Positions 12,132 to 22,798 of a stretch of 57,729 nt of DNA are shown here, one piece after another. Numbering within the stretch: the stretch's first letter is position 1; the number at the start of each line of letters is the position of its first letter. This stretch comes from Octopus bimaculoides. Taxonomy: Eukaryota. The stretch is from contig NC_069001.1 in NCBI RefSeq assembly GCF_001194135.2, forward strand, positions 15,583,368-15,641,096. Reading direction: 5' to 3'. Under the pieces are notes generated by a model, which was not told the origin of the DNA, ran no database searches, and was given only the letters and a program-made list of their open reading frames with translations. The translations under genes were made by a program, and so were the position numbers.

Positions 12132-12489
12132 TGAAAAGTAGCATAACTGTCATACAGTTTTCTGTGGAAAATATGTATGAGAAATATTGACAAATATTAT
12201 CTGATTAGGAAATTAGTGAGGGTTAGCAACAGGAAGGGTACCCAGCTATAGAAAATTTGCCCCAACAAATTCTATCTGACTCATACAAGAAGGGAAATGT
12301 GGACGNNNNNNNNNNTGAAAAGTAGCATAACTGTCATACAGTTTTCTGTGGAAAATATGTATGAGAAATATTGACAAATATTATCTGATTAGGAAATTAG
12401 TGAGGGTTAGCAACAGGAAGGGTACCCAGCTATAGAAAATTTGCCCCAACAAATTCTATCTGACTCATACAAGAAGGGAAATGTGGACG
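12132..12489. other. Exact 174-bp duplication around a 10-N gap (probable unmerged contig overlap)
   Basis: 12132-12305 equals 12316-12489, separated only by N at 12306-12315. Confidence 0.85.
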
Positions 12490-12496
12490 TTGAAAT

Positions 12497-12560
<64 letters not shown>

Positions 12561-12561
<1 letters not shown>

Positions 12562-13110
12562 CCCCACTTAAATGAGGATGTTCTATTAGAATAAACTATA
12601 CTGCAGTTGTTACTATGAGAGAACTCACATATGAGCTTCTGGTGCAAAATGTTTATATCATTAGTGGGGAGATAAATCCCCATCAGCTCCCGTGCCAAAA
12701 CCACCAAATCATGTGATTTCAACCTTCCTTGGTCTTATTAATCATGGACACTTGACTGCTAGAGATAGCAGTGATTCATTTCCCCACCAGTAATATATTG
12801 AATGTCAGTCCAAGAACTGGTGCTAGTTTTACAATTAGTCATTGAGCTTGTTAAAAAATATTAGTGATGGAGGCAGTGTTAATATTGGGAAGTAATATTT
12901 ATCCCTGCTTAAAGATGGATGTTTTCTTAGGACAAACTATACTATGATAAATGCTATGAGAGAAACTCTCATATTGGCTTTTGATGCAAATGCACTCTTG
13001 TTTATGTCAATAGTCTTGTCAATGATGAATACTCGACTGCTAGAGATAGCAGCAATTCATCTCCCTGCCAGCAATATATAGAATAACAGTACCAGAACAG
13101 GTGCTGGTGG
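12561..13110. repeat. Diverged tandem duplication of about 270-340 bp
   Basis: tcccc..aaactatact..atgagagaa..gactgctagagatagcag..ggtgct occurs from about 12561 and again from about 12902. Confidence 0.7.
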
Positions 13111-13214
13111 TGTGATTAGCCAATGATATATATGAGTTCTCATTCGTGATTCCATTAGAAAGAGAAGGAACCACAATTAAAGTAAGGTACACAATACCTT
13201 ATGAGTGTGTCTTT

Positions 13215-13590
13215 TACTTGCTTTAGACATTGGACTGCAGCCATGCTGGAGCACAGCCTTCAAAAGTTTAGTCAAACAGATCAGTTGTGCTACTTGTTTT
13301 TAAGTTTGGTACTTATTGGAAATCAGCCTCTTTTCTGAACCATAAGTTACTAGGATGTAAACAAAACAACATTGCTTTTCAAGCAGGAGGGAGAAGGTCA
13401 AGCACAAAAGCCCACACACACATATATACATGATGGGGTTTCTTTCAGTTTGCCTCTACTCAGTCTCCTCAGAAGGCTTTGAATATCTCTGGGCTATATT
13501 AGAAAGCACTTGCCCAAGGTGCCACAAATGGGACTGAACCTGGAATCATGTAATTAGGAAGCAAACTCCTTACCACACAGCTATACCTGC
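13215..13590 (-). mobile_element. SINE family A
   Basis: Reverse complement of the family A head and tail. Confidence 0.75.
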
Positions 13591-13630
13591 ATGTTAATTT
13601 ATGATTTTTAATAATAATTGACTGTTGTAG

Positions 13631-13713
13631 GACCAAAAATTGTTGCATTCTTGGGGAATAAAGCCGTCATTTTGATTAATGGCTTTCCTGAAGAATACAA
13701 CAGAATTAATCCT
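13631..13713 (+). CDS. Candidate 83-nt internal exon (possibly host gene)
   Basis: ttgtag/GA...CCT/gtaaga; open phase 1-0: (G)PKIVAFLGNKAVILINGFPEEYNRINP; phase-compatible with 7136-7192 upstream and 46081 downstream. Confidence 0.4.
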
Positions 13714-13875
13714 GTAAGAGTCGTTTATCATTAAATAATTTAGTTCTCTAACTTTTTACTTTGAGTTCTGTATTCCTAGTGGCCTGACAATGTTTCTTTC
13801 AACCTGTCACTTCCATGAATAAATAATGTGCATGTAGGTGTGCTTGTGTGTGTAAATACATATACACACACACAC

Positions 13876-13908
<33 letters not shown>

Positions 13909-13984
13909 CAAATATATATATGTATATATGTATACATATGCTCATACACATATATATGACCATGATATGTATATATGTTGTTGA

Positions 13985-14370
13985 CATCATAAGAATTGTA
14001 AGTCCTTTGTGAGCCGCTCTCTGGCTGTCTATCTGAGGCTTTATATAGCTATGGTGTGGCCTCACCTGGAATTTACATCTCCAGTCTGGAACCCCTATCT
14101 TGCCCAGGATATTAATCATCTGGAAACCATTCAGCGACGTGCAGCCAAGAGAATACCCTCCATCAGGCATTTGCCATATTCTGAATGCCTTGCTTCCTTG
14201 GGCATGGATACATTGAAACTCTGACGTCTGGCAGCCGACTTGGCAGGCATCCATAAAATTATTAACCATCTTACTCACAATAACTCTGAGCAACTTTTCA
14301 AACTCCACCTGTCTAACACCCGTGGACATGTTGACAAAGTCAGAAAACAGCACAGCTCCCATGACTCGGG
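13985..14370 (+). mobile_element. CR1-group LINE 3' fragment
   Basis: LYIAMVWPHLEFTSPVWNPYLAQDINHLETIQRRAAK..YSECLASLG..TRGH. Confidence 0.88.
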
Positions 14371-14891
14371 TACGTACGTATCGTAGATCAAGATGGGAAA
14401 GATAACTTCCCTTGGCAAATACAGACAGGGCACAGATGTGTGTCGATAGCCAGCTGGAGGAGATGTCCTCCTGGGGCTAAAAGCAACAGTAACATCCACC
14501 CCTCGGGGTCAGCCACATTTAAGTGGCAAATATACTTCACTTTATCGTGCAGTTACTGTTAATACCTTGTTCAGAGATTTAACATTGATTATTATTATTA
14601 TTATTATTATTATATAAACTTTCAAGTGAACATGAACTAATTCTTTTTTGGAATATCTTAAAGCATATGCATAAGGCTAAAATAATAGCATTTAATATTG
14701 NNNNNNNNNNNNNNNNNNNNNNNNNNNNNNNNNNNNNNNNNNNNNNNNNNNNNNNNNNNNNNNNNNNNNNNNNNNNNNNNNNNNNNNNNNNNNNNNNNNN
14801 NNNNNNNNNNNNNNNNNNNNNNNNNNNNNNNNNNNNNNNNNNNNNNNNNNNNNNNNNNNNNNNNNNNNNNNNNNNNNNNNNNNNNNNNNNN

Positions 14892-14941
<50 letters not shown>

Positions 14942-15419
14942 TATACTTGACTAGGTTTGCGGACTAGTAGTTAAGGGTGTTAGGCTCACAATCATAAGGT
15001 CATGGGTTCAGATCCTAGACTGGGCTGTGAGCTGTGTTTTTGAGCAAGGCACTTCATTTTCCTGTTGTTCTGGTACACTCACCAACTGTCACGTCTTCAA
15101 TGTTCTTCTAGGTCATGTGTGAGAGACTCAAGAAAGTGTCTGTTTGCTCACAACTACACAGACACCTAAAACAATTAATGAAAGCATGGCACCTGCTAAC
15201 ACATCTTACATACTACTGACACCTATTGTTCTTCTCGAAATCTTATACAGTACATTGTACTACTAATTTGCATTTTGCTAAGTGGATTTGTGGCACACAT
15301 CTTGTAATTCTTTCTCTGTGTGTACGTGTCAAATGTTGGCCTCTTTTCTTTTTTTATTTTTGTGGGGTAGGTGGTGCAGATTTCTCATGACTTTAAGAAA
15401 TACTATATAATCATTCCAT

Positions 15420-15830
15420 TACAAGTATAACTGTAGAAATATAACTCACTCCCCCGATCAATAAATGCCTGTCCAAGGACCTAGTGAATAGGAACAATGT
15501 AAGTCATTTCTGGGATGGAAAAAACATGCACCAGGCTCATTGAAAATTCATTCAAAACCTAGTATACAAAACACACCCATTTATACAAGTATAGGAACAA
15601 AGTCAGCAGTGTTTCATTGTCAAAATATATTTGGTATGTGAATGACAAAGGAATAGCAAACTCTATGATCAAGTGGAGTGTTGCTGCAAAAATGAAAGCA
15701 TACAATGACTTCAACAGTAATTGCAGCCTATGTGCATCTGAGAAGTTATAGATACTGACCTTGGGGGTCAATTTCTCGAATAAGAGGAAAATACATTTTC
15801 TTCTTCTTATACAAAGAAATGGAAATTGTC
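15420..15830 (+). mobile_element. Penelope-like element GIY-YIG endonuclease relic (Neptune-like, tentative)
   Basis: My translation: YNCRN..NKCLSKDLV..KTCTRLIENSFKT*YTKH..SLSKYIWYVNDKG..IKWS..AYN..CSLCASEKL*IL..NKR; in-frame stops. Confidence 0.8.
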
Positions 15831-17263
15831 TTTTTAACACATTCTTCTTTCAGATATATTCCAATAACAAATCAGTTGAATATCAAAACCTTGGAAACCA
15901 ACAGCTCCAACCACAAAACTCAACACTTAAAATTAAACACAGAGTGGTTGTGTAGTTTTAGGTTCAGTTTCACTGCATGGCACCTTGGGCAAGTGTCTTC
16001 TACTGTAGCCCAGGGCTGACCAAAACCTTGTAAATATATTTGGTAAACAGAAGCTGAAAAAAGCCTGCCACATACATACGTGCATGTATCTTTGTTTTGA
16101 CATAATGTGGTAGTTGTAAACAAAGGTCACTGTTGTATAAGGGGTGTCATTTGCTTTCATTATTCTGTGAAAACATGTCTGGTCATGGGGAAATATTACC
16201 TTGCTTGGAAACTGGTGGCAGGAAGGTCATCTAGATGTAGAAAATCTGCCTCAAGAAACTCCATCCAACCCTTGCAAGCATGGAAAAGTGGACATTAAAA
16301 TAATACTAGAGATGATGACAGTGTGAGGATATTGTGCTTAGTACCCTCTCATCCCCATATTCCAACTGTGCATATATGAAATGCATGCTGGTGATGAAGA
16401 AATTTGATCTTATATTAGATTTGACAATGTTGAAACAATCAATGAGAGCCATCCTATTTAATATTTATGTTCAAAGGTAGTATATTCAATCAACAGCTAA
16501 GTTCAGTCCTTACATTGAAATACGCTTACTCCTAAAAGTTTATGCACTTAACCCCTAAACTTTTACAACTATAATGTAGGACCCAGTTATGGCATCAGAT
16601 TTCTAGGTAACACATGTCAGTGAAATCTCTTAACACAGCCTGTCTTGTGTATATGTGATACATAGGACGTATTTCCTTGGTATTCATGCATCATATAAGG
16701 TACATATTCGCAATTTTCTTTTTCAACCACCAGAGTAACCTGGGACTTATGAAAAGAAAGCTTTATATTACTCAGAATATATAAATCAAGGGTTAACAAA
16801 AAGTCTGAAAACAAGCATGGATTTTAAGGACAAACTTAAAGGGTTAAGTAGACATTATTACTTTCAATAAACTTAGTGATGTCTCAGTTCTTTTTGTTGG
16901 TATTATGAACTTCTGAAGTCTATAATAGTGACGGTAGCTGTCATTTAATTTCAGATTTTTTAATTCAAATTTCTATCAACTAAATTTACTCCCCCTCCCC
17001 TTCAAACACATAATTCCCCACTTCAGCAGGTTGCCTGTTTGATTCACCCTAATCTAACCATATCATTCAAAGTTAGCTCACTTTAATTCCTCTAATTATT
17101 TTAATTATGTTGCACCTTGGGAGGGTCATTGTGTCAATAAACACACACACACACACACACACACTGGCTCTATTTCACTTCTTATCATTTTCAGCCAATT
17201 CATTAACATTTAACAAGTCAAACAATTTTTTTTATATTGGTTAATTAGTTAACTTATAACAAT

Positions 17264-18213
17264 AAAAGGCAGACTGTATGACGCATGCGTACGAACAACC
17301 ATGCTACATGGCAGTGAAACATGGGCTGTAACTGCTGAGGACATACGTAAGCTCGCAAGGAATGAAGCCAGTATGCTCCGTTGGATGTGTAATGTCAATG
17401 TAAATACCCGTCAGAGTGTAAGTATCTTGAGAGAAAAGCTGAACATTAGAAGCATCAGTTGTGGCGTGCAAGAGAGACGATTGCGCTGGTATGGACATGT
17501 GGTGAGAATGGAGNNNNNNNNNNNNNNNNNNNNNNNNNNNNNNNNNNNNNNNNNNNNNNNNNNNNNNNNNNNNNNNNNNNNNNNNNNNNNNNNNNNNNNN
17601 NNNNNNNNNNNNNNNNNNNNNNNNNNNNNNNNNNNNNNNNNNNNNNNNNNNNNNNNNNNNNNNNNNNNNNNNNNNNNNNNNNNNNNNNNNNNNNNNNNNN
17701 NNNNNNNNNNNNNNNNNNNNNNNNNNNNNNNNNNNNNNNNNNNNNNNNNNNNNNNNNNNNNNNNNNNNNNNNNNNNNNNNNNNNNNNNNNNNNNNNNNNN
17801 NNNNNNNNNNNNNNNNNNNNNNNNNNNNNNNNNNNNNNNNNNNNNNNNNNNNNNNNNNNNNNNNNNNNNNNNNNNNNNNNNNNNNNNNNNNNNNNNNNNN
17901 NNNNNNNNNNNNNNNNNNNNNNNNNNNNNNNNNNNNNNNNNNNNNNNNNNNNNNNNNNNNNNNNNNNNNNNNNNNNNNNNNNNNNNNNNNNNNNNNNNNN
18001 NNNNNNNNNNNNNNNNNNNNNNNNNNNNNNCGTAAAAGCACCCACTACACTCTCTGAGTGGTTGGCATTAGGAAGGGCATCCAGCTGTAGAAACTCTGCC
18101 AAATCGGACTGGAGCCTGGTGTTGCCATCCGGTTTCACCAGTCCTCAGTCAAATCGTCCAACCCATGCTAGCATGGAAAGCGGACGTTAAACGATGATGA
18201 TGATGATGATGAT
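17264..18213 (+). mobile_element. Young RTE-X-like LINE 3' end, spanning a gap and ending in (GAT)n
   Basis: ORF piece almost identical to 7984-8218; after the gap comes the standard tail cccatgctagcatggaaagcggacgttaaacgatgatg. Confidence 0.85.
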
Positions 18214-18662
18214 ATATCTCATGTTCAAGGTGCCAATGAAGCCATAAGGTGTTACTCAGGCATCACTGCATCTTATAAGAGAAACAGCTGCAAGTGAATG
18301 AAGTTCATAACATAACCCTTTTTTCCTTCGTCATCCCTCTTTCTTATTACTCATCCAACACTTCATTCTGAAGCATACGTATATTTAGGCTATTAGTCAT
18401 GCAATGCCTAAGTGAAATATGTATATATGTAAAAGAAAAAATTATTAAATAGTGCAATACAGTAAAACAAAGCACCATCAGGTTAAAGTATAAATTGCCC
18501 CAATATCTATTGGAAATAGCAGTCAATAATATACTATACGATGCTATAGTAAAGCTTCACTGTATATATATAGTGGCAAAAATGTTTGCAAGCAGTGAAC
18601 ATAAAAAATTTCATCTTACCTTTAGGAAGAACATTAAATAAATGTACAACCCAGATGTGGAT

Positions 18663-18738
18663 AACCTAGGACTTAGATTTCAAACTTTCCAAATTATGTT
18701 TGTTAACGTAAATTTGATTAGTTCTCATCAGCTAGATT
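18663..18738 (-). ncRNA. Candidate type I hammerhead ribozyme (degenerate)
   Basis: Minus strand: AAUCUAG CUGAUGA GAAC [35 nt] GUUU GAAA U CUAA GU C CUAGGUU; 7-bp stem I and intact core, but weak stems II and III. Confidence 0.35.
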
Positions 18739-18773
18739 TACCTAGACAAAATTTCAAATGTCGCTCCATCAAT

Positions 18774-19693
18774 GCTAGTATTACCTGTTTGAATGCCTAG
18801 CTGTTAACAGACCGTTAATGTTTCATCCCATTGATGTAAGGGCCTGGGTTCTTGAGTATTTTCCATATGACCGAGTATGGTATACCTCCTCCACCAGCAC
18901 CAGCAATCTTGGCTCCAACAACACCAGCAGCCCCAACCCCATCAATAACATCAACACCGGTGGCAGCACCAGCTGCAGCAGCAACAACTACAACAAGAGC
19001 AATGCCAGTACCAGCAGCAACAGTACTAACAACAGCAGCACCTACTGAGAATTCTCTCAAACAGCTTGTTTCCAGTGATTTGTCCTCCTTCGGAGTCCCA
19101 GAGAGAAGATACGTGACATCGCTGGCCAGACATATCTGGCAGTTAAGAGACGAAGGGATTCATGCTCGATTGCATGGAAAATACTCGAGAACCCAGGACC
19201 CTACGTTGCAAGTTATGCATTGCTGAATGCACAAGAATCCTGAAAGACTCAATTGTGCCAAGGAGCATCCTAAACTCCAGGACAGAGATTTTCAGGCCAT
19301 GCTTGCATGTTAGAAGATTCCTGCTGGTATTTTGGAATCCACAAGGCAACGCTACAGCCGGAAGCCAATAGCCAAGGCTGAAGGGAGACAATCATTTACC
19401 TTCATGGTTCTTTGGTGACCACAAGGTGGTGGCATGGCCGAAGCTCAATGACCAACGGCAATGGGAGATAATCACCTAGTGTTTACTTTTATAGACAGGC
19501 ATTTCCCCCTCCATATATTGAAGAGGTCAGCAGTGTTTGGAGTCTGAAGATACACCGGAAGGCTAGTATTACCTGTTTGAATGCCTAGCTGTTAACAGAC
19601 CGTTAATGTTTCATCCCATTGATGTAAGGGCCTGGGTTCTTGAGTATTTTCCATATGACCGAGTATGGTATACCTCCTCCACCAGCACCAGCA
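18774..19693. mobile_element. Penelope-derived composite: identical 132-bp direct repeats flanking an oppositely oriented GIY-YIG relic
   Basis: 18774-18905 equals 19562-19693 (minus strand GIPYSVIWKILKNPGPYINGMKH); inner + strand TSLARHIWQLRDEGI..WKILENPGPY..CKLCIAECTRIL..LNSRTEIFRPCLHVRRFLL. Confidence 0.8.
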
Positions 19694-19843
19694 TGAGCAA
19701 GAAACCCAGAGTAACCCCATAAACCGGCCATCATTATAATATCAACCACTCTACATCTTAGAGTACAGGAATCAAACACACTACCTTATGACTGTGAGCC
19801 TGATGCTCTAACCACTAAGCCATGTGCCTTATCTTATGTATAT

Positions 19844-19971
19844 ATCATCATCATCATCATCATCATCGTTTAACGTCTGCTTTCCATGCTAGCATGGGTT
19901 GGACGATTTGACTGAGGACTGGTGAAACCGGATGGCAACACCAGGCTCCAATCTAAATTTGGCAGAGTTTC

Positions 19972-19973
<2 letters not shown>
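19844..19973 (-). mobile_element. RTE-X tail, young copy
   Basis: Near-identical reverse complement of 18088-18213. Confidence 0.85.
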
Positions 19974-20013
<40 letters not shown>

Positions 20014-20259
20014 TATACATATGAAATAGAACTAGTACATGTGTTTATTATTTGGCATAATGACCCTCCTGAGCTACAACAAATTTTATTTGAACAAAGG
20101 AGTTAACATCTTGAATCTTCCAAATGAAATACAAAAACAAAATATTTTATCTTTCTCACACGCATGAGCTGATGTAAATAGACTTAAAACATTATGATTG
20201 TCGGAGAAATAGCCCCAGTCTCATAGATCCCAGATGCTAAAGGTTTTTTCACAAACAAT

Positions 20260-20465
20260 TACAACGGAAGATGTCATACCCAATGACTAGCGTAACAGTA
20301 TCATTGTAAACCCCTACAAAGGCAACACCCAATGACTGGTGCAGAAGTATCATTGTAAACGGCTGCAAAGGCAAAGGAGGTTCCTTAGAAAGAGGAAGTT
20401 ATTGAGACACCAGACTATTGGACCAGGTTATGAAGGTTAGAGAAAGAGTTGTTGCACAAATTATT
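20260..20465 (+). mobile_element. RTE-X RT N-terminal fragment
   Basis: PNDWCRSIIVNGCKGKGGSLERGSY..LLDQVMKV.ERVVAQ; contains a small internal duplication. Confidence 0.7.
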
Positions 20466-21048
20466 TCTGTCAGCTCAGGTCTTGCTTTCAACACAAGTGA
20501 GAAGAAATAAATAGATGCAATTGAACAAATGGACCTCCTGATGATGTCTTTACCATGTGTGTTATTTTACACACTGGTATCATAGAGAAACACATGCCTG
20601 TGTCTCAGGGTAGCATCATACTCATAATCATCATTTTAATGTCCACTTTTCCATGCTTGCATGAGTCAGACGGAATTTGTTGAGGCGAAATTTCTACAGC
20701 TGGATGTCTTTCCTTTCATGAACCCTCACTTATTTCCAAATGAGGTTATATTTCCCCATGACCAAGCTTTCACAGAATATTGGAAACAAAGGACACTTCT
20801 TGCATAGTAGTGGCACTCATTTATGACTATCACATGATGTCAAGACAAAGAGACAGTAACACACACACACATATACATACATACAATTGACTTCTTTCAG
20901 TTTCCATCTACCAAATCCACTTACATGGCTTTGGTCAGCCCAGGGCTATAGAAGAAGATACTTGCTTATGTTGGACTGAACCTGGAACCATGTGATTGGG
21001 AAGCAAACTTTTTACAGTACAGCCACATCTGCACCTATCATATACATA

Positions 21049-22427
21049 CAAGGTACGTAAGGTATTTGAGGACATACCTTTTAGGGGTCACTGCTGCATT
21101 TTTTGCTAATTCTGTATAAGCTTTGTTTCAGAAAATAATAATGGCAGACCCTCAGCTTACTCAAGAAATGAAGAGGCATGCTGTTATTGTGGCTGTAAAG
21201 GCTGAGCATAATGATTTAGAAATATCTCGATTTTTAAAAGTTGCCAAATCTTTCGTCTACAAAGTTTGTAAGGAGCTAGAGTCTGAAGATGGAAATGTAT
21301 CACCAGTATCAAAGCATAAAAAGCATTCTAAACGCTCTGAAATCATCAGAACACCTGAATTTATCCAGCAAGTTCAACAAGTTACAATCCCAGAAAGTCC
21401 ATGAGGTCTATTGCAAAAGATCTCTATGTGCCAGAAAGAACAGTCAGAAATGTTGTCTACGAAGACGTCAGACATAAGTCTTATATGATGAGGAAGGGTC
21501 AATTTGTCAGAAAAAGCAAAAGAAAATCGCTACATCAGATCTAAAAGGCTCTGAAAAATCCAGCAGACGAAGATTTGATTTGGTTTTTCTCAAACGAGAA
21601 AAACTTCAATTAAGATCAAAAAGTTAACAAAAGAAATGACAGATGGTTATATGCAGATCCTTCTGAAGTTTCAAGTGTTATACATAGAAAATTTCCTGTA
21701 ACTGTCATGATTTTAGGGGTTGTCAGCAATGAAGGGTATGTGATGCCTCCTTGCTTCTTTCCACAAGGCCTTAGAGTTAACTCTGCCACCTACATTGAGG
21801 TCCTGGAAATAATTGTTAAGCCCTGGATAGGCAGTATATGCAATGGAAGGCCATATATGTTTCAGTAAGACTCTGCAGTATCACACATGGTTCTAGTAAC
21901 AAAGGAATGGATAGTTGAAAATTTTCATGATCACATAACCCCAAATATTTGGCCCCCTTATTCCCCAGATCTCAATCCACTGGACTGTTACATGTGGAGC
22001 ATTGTTGAGAGAGAGGTCAATGAACATGCCCATAACACCAAAGATTCTTTGAAAGCTGCTGTAGTCAGAGTAATGTCCAAAATGAACCAGGACCACTTCA
22101 TTCGAGCATGTAGATGATTTAGATCTTATATAGAAGCAGTTGTTGAAGCTTAAGGTGACTTTATTGAATAACATTATAGAAAGGAAGGTTTATTTTTATC
22201 CTCTTATTATTTTTTGATAAATACAATCATTATCTGTTATTATACAGGGTGTCCACAAAGTCTGGGTACATGGGGATTAACACATACTTTAAGAAATTAT
22301 TATTTCTTATTATTTATTTGTTTATGCTATGATTTTATTTACTCCATGTACCCAGACTTTGTGGATACCCTGTATATCTGTTATTTTTATAAACATAAAT
22401 CTGTCCTCAAATATCTTATGCACCCTG
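21049..22427 (+). mobile_element. Tc1/mariner DD37D (maT) transposon, full-length but decayed
   Basis: Imperfect 26-bp TIRs at 21049-21074 and 22402-22427 with TA flanks; FQ*DSAVSH..WPPYSPDLNPLD gives 37 residues between the 2nd and 3rd catalytic D; stops and frameshifts. Confidence 0.9.
22245..22372. mobile_element. Tc1/mariner-type MITE nested in the maT element
   Basis: 29-bp TIRs cagggtgtccacaaagtctgggtacatgg (1 mismatch), TA on both sides. Confidence 0.9.
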
Positions 22428-22488
22428 TATATATATATATATATAAAATTAATAATTATATATATATATGTGTATATAATTAAATTAA

Positions 22489-22682
22489 GGGAGCAAGGGC
22501 GAATAAATGATCTATTTCTGACATACTTGAAAATTCCGAGGCATTCAGATACTACCGAAAAATCTCGAAGGATATACACACCTAGAATCTGTGTAAATTC
22601 TTGAAGATTTTTTGATAGTATGTGAATGTCTCCGCATTTTCAAGAATGTTGGAGATAGGTCGTTTTTTTCGCCCTTGCTCCT
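22489..22682. mobile_element. TTAA-flanked fold-back MITE with purine-start termini (Kolobok-like)
   Basis: TTAA gggagcaagggcgaa ... ttcgcccttgctcct TTAA; imperfect palindrome along most of its length. Confidence 0.7.
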
Positions 22683-22798
22683 TTAATTAAATTATATACA
22701 TATATATATAATTATTTATTTAATGTATAAATTACCTATAAATTCTTATTGTATGCTGACACCTGATAAAAATCATTAACATGATTTTATCCTTATAT

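Noticed and set aside
15110-15230. Strong acceptor at about 15109 (similar case at about 35236)
   Set aside because: Reading frames hit stops before any credible donor
16552-16843. TTAA-CCC...GGG-TTAA piggyBac-like MITE
   Set aside because: Terminal similarity is too weak beyond the first few bases to call with confidence
18852-19226. Pro/Ala/Thr-rich 124-aa ORF as a mucin-like host gene
   Set aside because: Low-complexity tract fused to a frameshifted Penelope endonuclease relic; no splice support
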